Source of the DNA: Eledone cirrhosa
Taxonomy: Eukaryota
Reading direction: 5' to 3'
Length of the DNA: 64,000 nucleotides
Assembly (NCBI GenBank): GCA_964016885.1
Contig: OZ024743.1
Location: forward strand, 21,204,001 to 21,268,000
Within the stretch, counting starts at the first letter, position 1. Each line of letters opens with the position of its first letter. This document shows, in pieces, positions 60,337 through 64,000 of this stretch. The notes under the pieces were generated by a model. The model did no database searches and had not been told where the DNA came from. It was given only the letters and a program-made list of their open reading frames with translations. The translations under genes and the position numbers were made by a program.

Positions 60337-60518
60337 CATATATATATGTATATATATAAGTATATATATATATGCATATATAATAAATATAATCTGATTT
60401 TTTTTAATATTAATAATAACATTCGATTCATTTGCAATTATACAAACATGCCTCAATTGTATAGCCATGTCAGTAAATGAATACATAATTCTTGCTCTTG
60501 TGTTGGCATGTGAACAGA

Positions 60519-60565
60519 ACTGCAGACACTAATGTTTCTAGGTATCACCCTTCATCAGTACAGCC
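60519..60565 (-). ncRNA. Type-I hammerhead
   Basis: Minus strand gctgta-CTGATGA-agg gtgata cct a-GAAAC attagt GTC^tgcagt. Confidence 0.72.
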
Positions 60566-60748
60566 CACTGTTCACTTGCCAAACTGTCAGAGCTAGTGAA
60601 AATATATGCTAATTTCAAAAATACACAGTGACTGATCGGCCTCATTTGCATATTAGCAGACTGGCTGATCAGTCAGATCTGCATATTAGCAGATCCACTG
60701 ATCAGCCAGATTTGCAATTATTAATAAGATTCGTTATTATTAATATGA

Positions 60749-60930
60749 ATTGGCAGTATCGGTAGAGGGCTGGACGCCATGCTTTCTAGCATAGTTACGT
60801 CCCTTTACAGTCTGAGTTCAAATCCCGCCGAGGTTAACTTTGCCTTTCATCCTTACGTGGTCGATAAAATAAAGTACCAGCAATGTACTGTGTATTTGCT
60901 GGCCTTGTGCCTAAAGTAGAAACAATTATT
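60749..60930 (+). mobile_element. SINE
   Basis: Family core; ttattaatat on both sides. Confidence 0.85.
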
Positions 60931-61006
60931 AATATTCGAAAAACTCAGATTACATTTATTGTATTCAGTCATGTAGAGCGAACATTTTCTTTTTTACATA
61001 CATACA

Positions 61007-61048
<42 letters not shown>

Positions 61049-61097
61049 CATATATATATACATATATATATACATATATATATACATATATATATAC

Positions 61098-61239
<142 letters not shown>

Positions 61240-61373
61240 TTATATATATGTATACATGCTTACATATATATATATACATACACATATATATATACACACA
61301 TACATACATATATATATACATACATATATATATACATATATACATACATATTTATATACACACACCCACACAT

Positions 61374-61445
<72 letters not shown>

Positions 61446-61456
61446 TTAATGGTCGC

Positions 61457-61959
61457 TTTGGAAGCCTGAACAATGCAGATGGGTAAATCTCCGGGTAACA
61501 GAATCAGGTGGTATTGAGAGAGAGATGTAAGAGGAAGCGTAGAAAGAGATATAGAGAGCGTAAAGGAACGTAGGAAATGTGTAAATAATAATAACACGAG
61601 ATAGAGTTACCTTGGAAGTGATTTAATTGTCCCTATATTTCGGATTTCGTATCCATCAAATGGGGATTTTCCGAGAGGAAAAAAGTTTTGTTGGAGAGTA
61701 TACACACACGTGTTCTCCCTCTCCGACCAAACTTTTTCCCCTCGGAAAATCCCCAGTTGATGGATGCGAAATCCGAAATATAGGGACAATTAAATCACTT
61801 CCAAGGTAACTCTATCTCGTGTTATTATTATTTACACATTTCCTACATTCCTTTACGCTCTCTATATCTCTTTCTACGCTTCCTCTTACATCTCTCTCTC
61901 AATACCACCTGATTCTGTTACCCGGAGATTTACCCATCTGCATTGTTCAGGCTTCCAAA
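61457..61959. repeat. Near-perfect palindrome with about 240-bp arms between microsatellites
   Basis: Mirror ORFs 61607-61789 (-) and 61627-61809 (+) have near-identical translations. Confidence 0.95.
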
Positions 61960-61977
61960 ATGCCCATTTTTCACTCT

Positions 61978-62072
<95 letters not shown>

Positions 62073-62180
62073 TAATAAAACAATGAATAAAAACAGTTAT
62101 ATTTAATTTGTTGGGATTCCAACAAACTTAAAAGTTTATAACTGATATAGAGCACTCAAAAGTTTACTGGAGTAAATATT

Positions 62181-62529
62181 CAATATATTAATAAATGGAA
62201 ACTATATTTATAAAACCGTAATTATTTTATTATATATATTTCAAGGGCCACCAAGCCAATCTTGGTGCGCTTTCATCAGATAAAATACAAACTTTGTTTT
62301 ATAAATAGTGACATAACCATGGAAAACAACCTTGACGTTTGAAAATTCGCTGAATAGCGAAATTTCAACCGTCAAGGTTGTTATTTTATCTGATGTAATT
62401 GTATTTTATAAAACAAATTTTGTATTTTATCTGATGAAAGCGCACCAAGATTGGCTTGGTCGCCCTTGAAATATATATAATAAAATAATTATGATTTTAT
62501 AAATGTAGTTTCCATTTATTAATATATTG
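62181..62529. mobile_element. Palindromic twin-hammerhead element (hammerheads at 62223-62287 - and 62423-62487 +)
   Basis: tattttat-CTGATGA-aagcgcaccaag attgg cttggtcgccctt-GAAA-t atat a-TA^ataaaata. Confidence 0.85.
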
Positions 62530-62530
62530 T

Positions 62531-63404
62531 ATATGGCCCTTAAAGCGATGAAATGCCTGGGACGGTTGGAGGGTCACTGATGAAGGACTCATTTTTTCAT
62601 ATGCCCCACCATTTGCAACGGGCAGCCATCATTATTATCATATTTACACATAATTTTTCTTCTGCTGCTATACGTCCGTTTCGTCCTTTGTACCTTTACC
62701 CTTTCTCGTTCTTTGTACCTTTTACCCTTTCTAGCAGTCTCTCTCTCTGTTAGCCTCCTCCTCAACTTTCACTCACTCATTCTCTGTCACTACCTCTCCT
62801 CCTCCTCTTTCCTCCTCCTCCTTCAAGTTTGACCTGTGTGAAATTCTTTTCTCGCGCGTCCTGGTCAAGCTGGTGTGGAATTTTTTTTCTCTCTCTCTTT
62901 CGTCTGCGACTTCACAAAACTTATGTTTACCGAATTCGTAGACCAGACCCCTTCTTCTTCTTCTTCTTCTTCTTCTTCTTCTTCTTCTTCTTCTTCTTCT
63001 TCTTCTTCTTCTTCTTCTTCTTCTTCTTCTTCTTCTTCTTCTTCTTCTTCTTCTTCTTCCCCCCGTTAGACTTGTGCGAAATTCCTTCCTTTCTCACATT
63101 TCAACCAGGTTTGATGGTCTTTTGTCTCTTGTTCACGATTTCACCGAGTTTATATTCATAGAGATCTGGGACTTGTCTATTTTTTTCTCACTTTCCGTTG
63201 CTTAAACCATTTTGTTTGTTACCCTAACGTCCCCTTTATTTACGTGTCCCAACGACTTTTTTTTAGCCGTTGTTCGCACCAACCTGAGGCATATGGCCCT
63301 TAAAACGATGAAATGCCTGGGACGGTTGGAGGGTCACTGATGAAGGACTCACTTTTTCATATGCCCCACCATTTGCAACGGGCAGCCATCATTATTATCA
63401 TATT

Positions 63405-63408
<4 letters not shown>
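62531..63408. repeat. About 118-bp direct repeats bracketing a (TTC)n-containing interior
   Basis: 62531-62648 and 63291-63408 are nearly identical. Confidence 0.85.
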
Positions 63409-63439
<31 letters not shown>

Positions 63440-63527
63440 CTTTGATAACTTTGATACGTTTCGGCCAGTATTGGCCCAGGCCATGTCTAACTTAATAGAA
63501 CCATATATATATATATATATATATATA

Positions 63528-64000
63528 AAGAAAAAGAGATGAAATTGAAAATGCAACTGGAGTCTTATTTTTTTATAAAATATATATATTTATTTGGTTC
63601 CTTTACCGGTTTCGCAGTTCTTCTGCTTTTCAAAAGGTGAGTTGAGATGGAGGGTCTGTGGTTTTTCTCACATCTGGTTGGTCTCTGAATGTTACTTGTT
63701 TTATATGGAAAAAGTGGCTCGAAATGCCAGGTTTTTCGAGAAGTAATTTGATTGGTTTGTCAATAATTATAATAAATTTCGCGCCAGTTCGCGTTACAAT
63801 AGTTCTTCAAATAAGAGAGGGGGTTGTCACAGGTTGTTTTTTCATATATGAGTGTTTGAATTTCTTTTTACTTGAAAAAAGGAGGCTCACCTTTTGAAAA
63901 GCAGAAGAACTGCGAAACCGGTAAAGGAGCCAAATAAATATATATATTTTATAAAAAAATAAGACTCCAGTTGCATTTTCGATTTCATCTCTCTTTCTTT
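63528..64000. mobile_element. Palindromic twin-hammerhead element, U3-A8 variant (63600-63637 - and 63890-63927 +)
   Basis: cctt-TTGAAAA-gcag aagaa ctgc-GAAACCGGTA^aagg on both arms of about 115 bp. Confidence 0.75.

Noticed and set aside
62545-62592. Type-II hammerhead in the 118-bp repeat (GAAA ... CTGATGA)
   Set aside because: Stems I and III could not be paired convincingly.

Overview
AT-rich, microsatellite-laden animal DNA, most likely a cephalopod (Octopus-like, inferred from the SINE, RTE and microsatellite landscape). One host gene spans most of the window on the minus strand: an SLC5A8/SLC5A12/SLC5A6-type sodium:solute symporter. Eleven GT-AG exons (51945->6158) splice into one open frame of 1151 nt; the first and last exons were not found. 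The introns hold three RTE LINE copies with a PHD finger inside the RT, an R4/Dong-type LINE, CRE-type fragments and a Penelope-like (Naiad-type) element with inverted terminal repeats. They also hold a young non-autonomous LTR element, a hAT MITE, a Helitron, a 58-bp minisatellite and about 15 tRNA-derived SINEs. The most unusual signal is a dense set of type-I hammerhead ribozyme motifs (more than 10, identified by eye). Many occur as outward-facing twins in 100-500 bp palindromes between (TA)n tracts and mirror the architecture of the large Penelope element. Some carry core variants (U3-A8, U4A). One sits in a 433-bp unit with terminal direct repeats, resembling a retrozyme.
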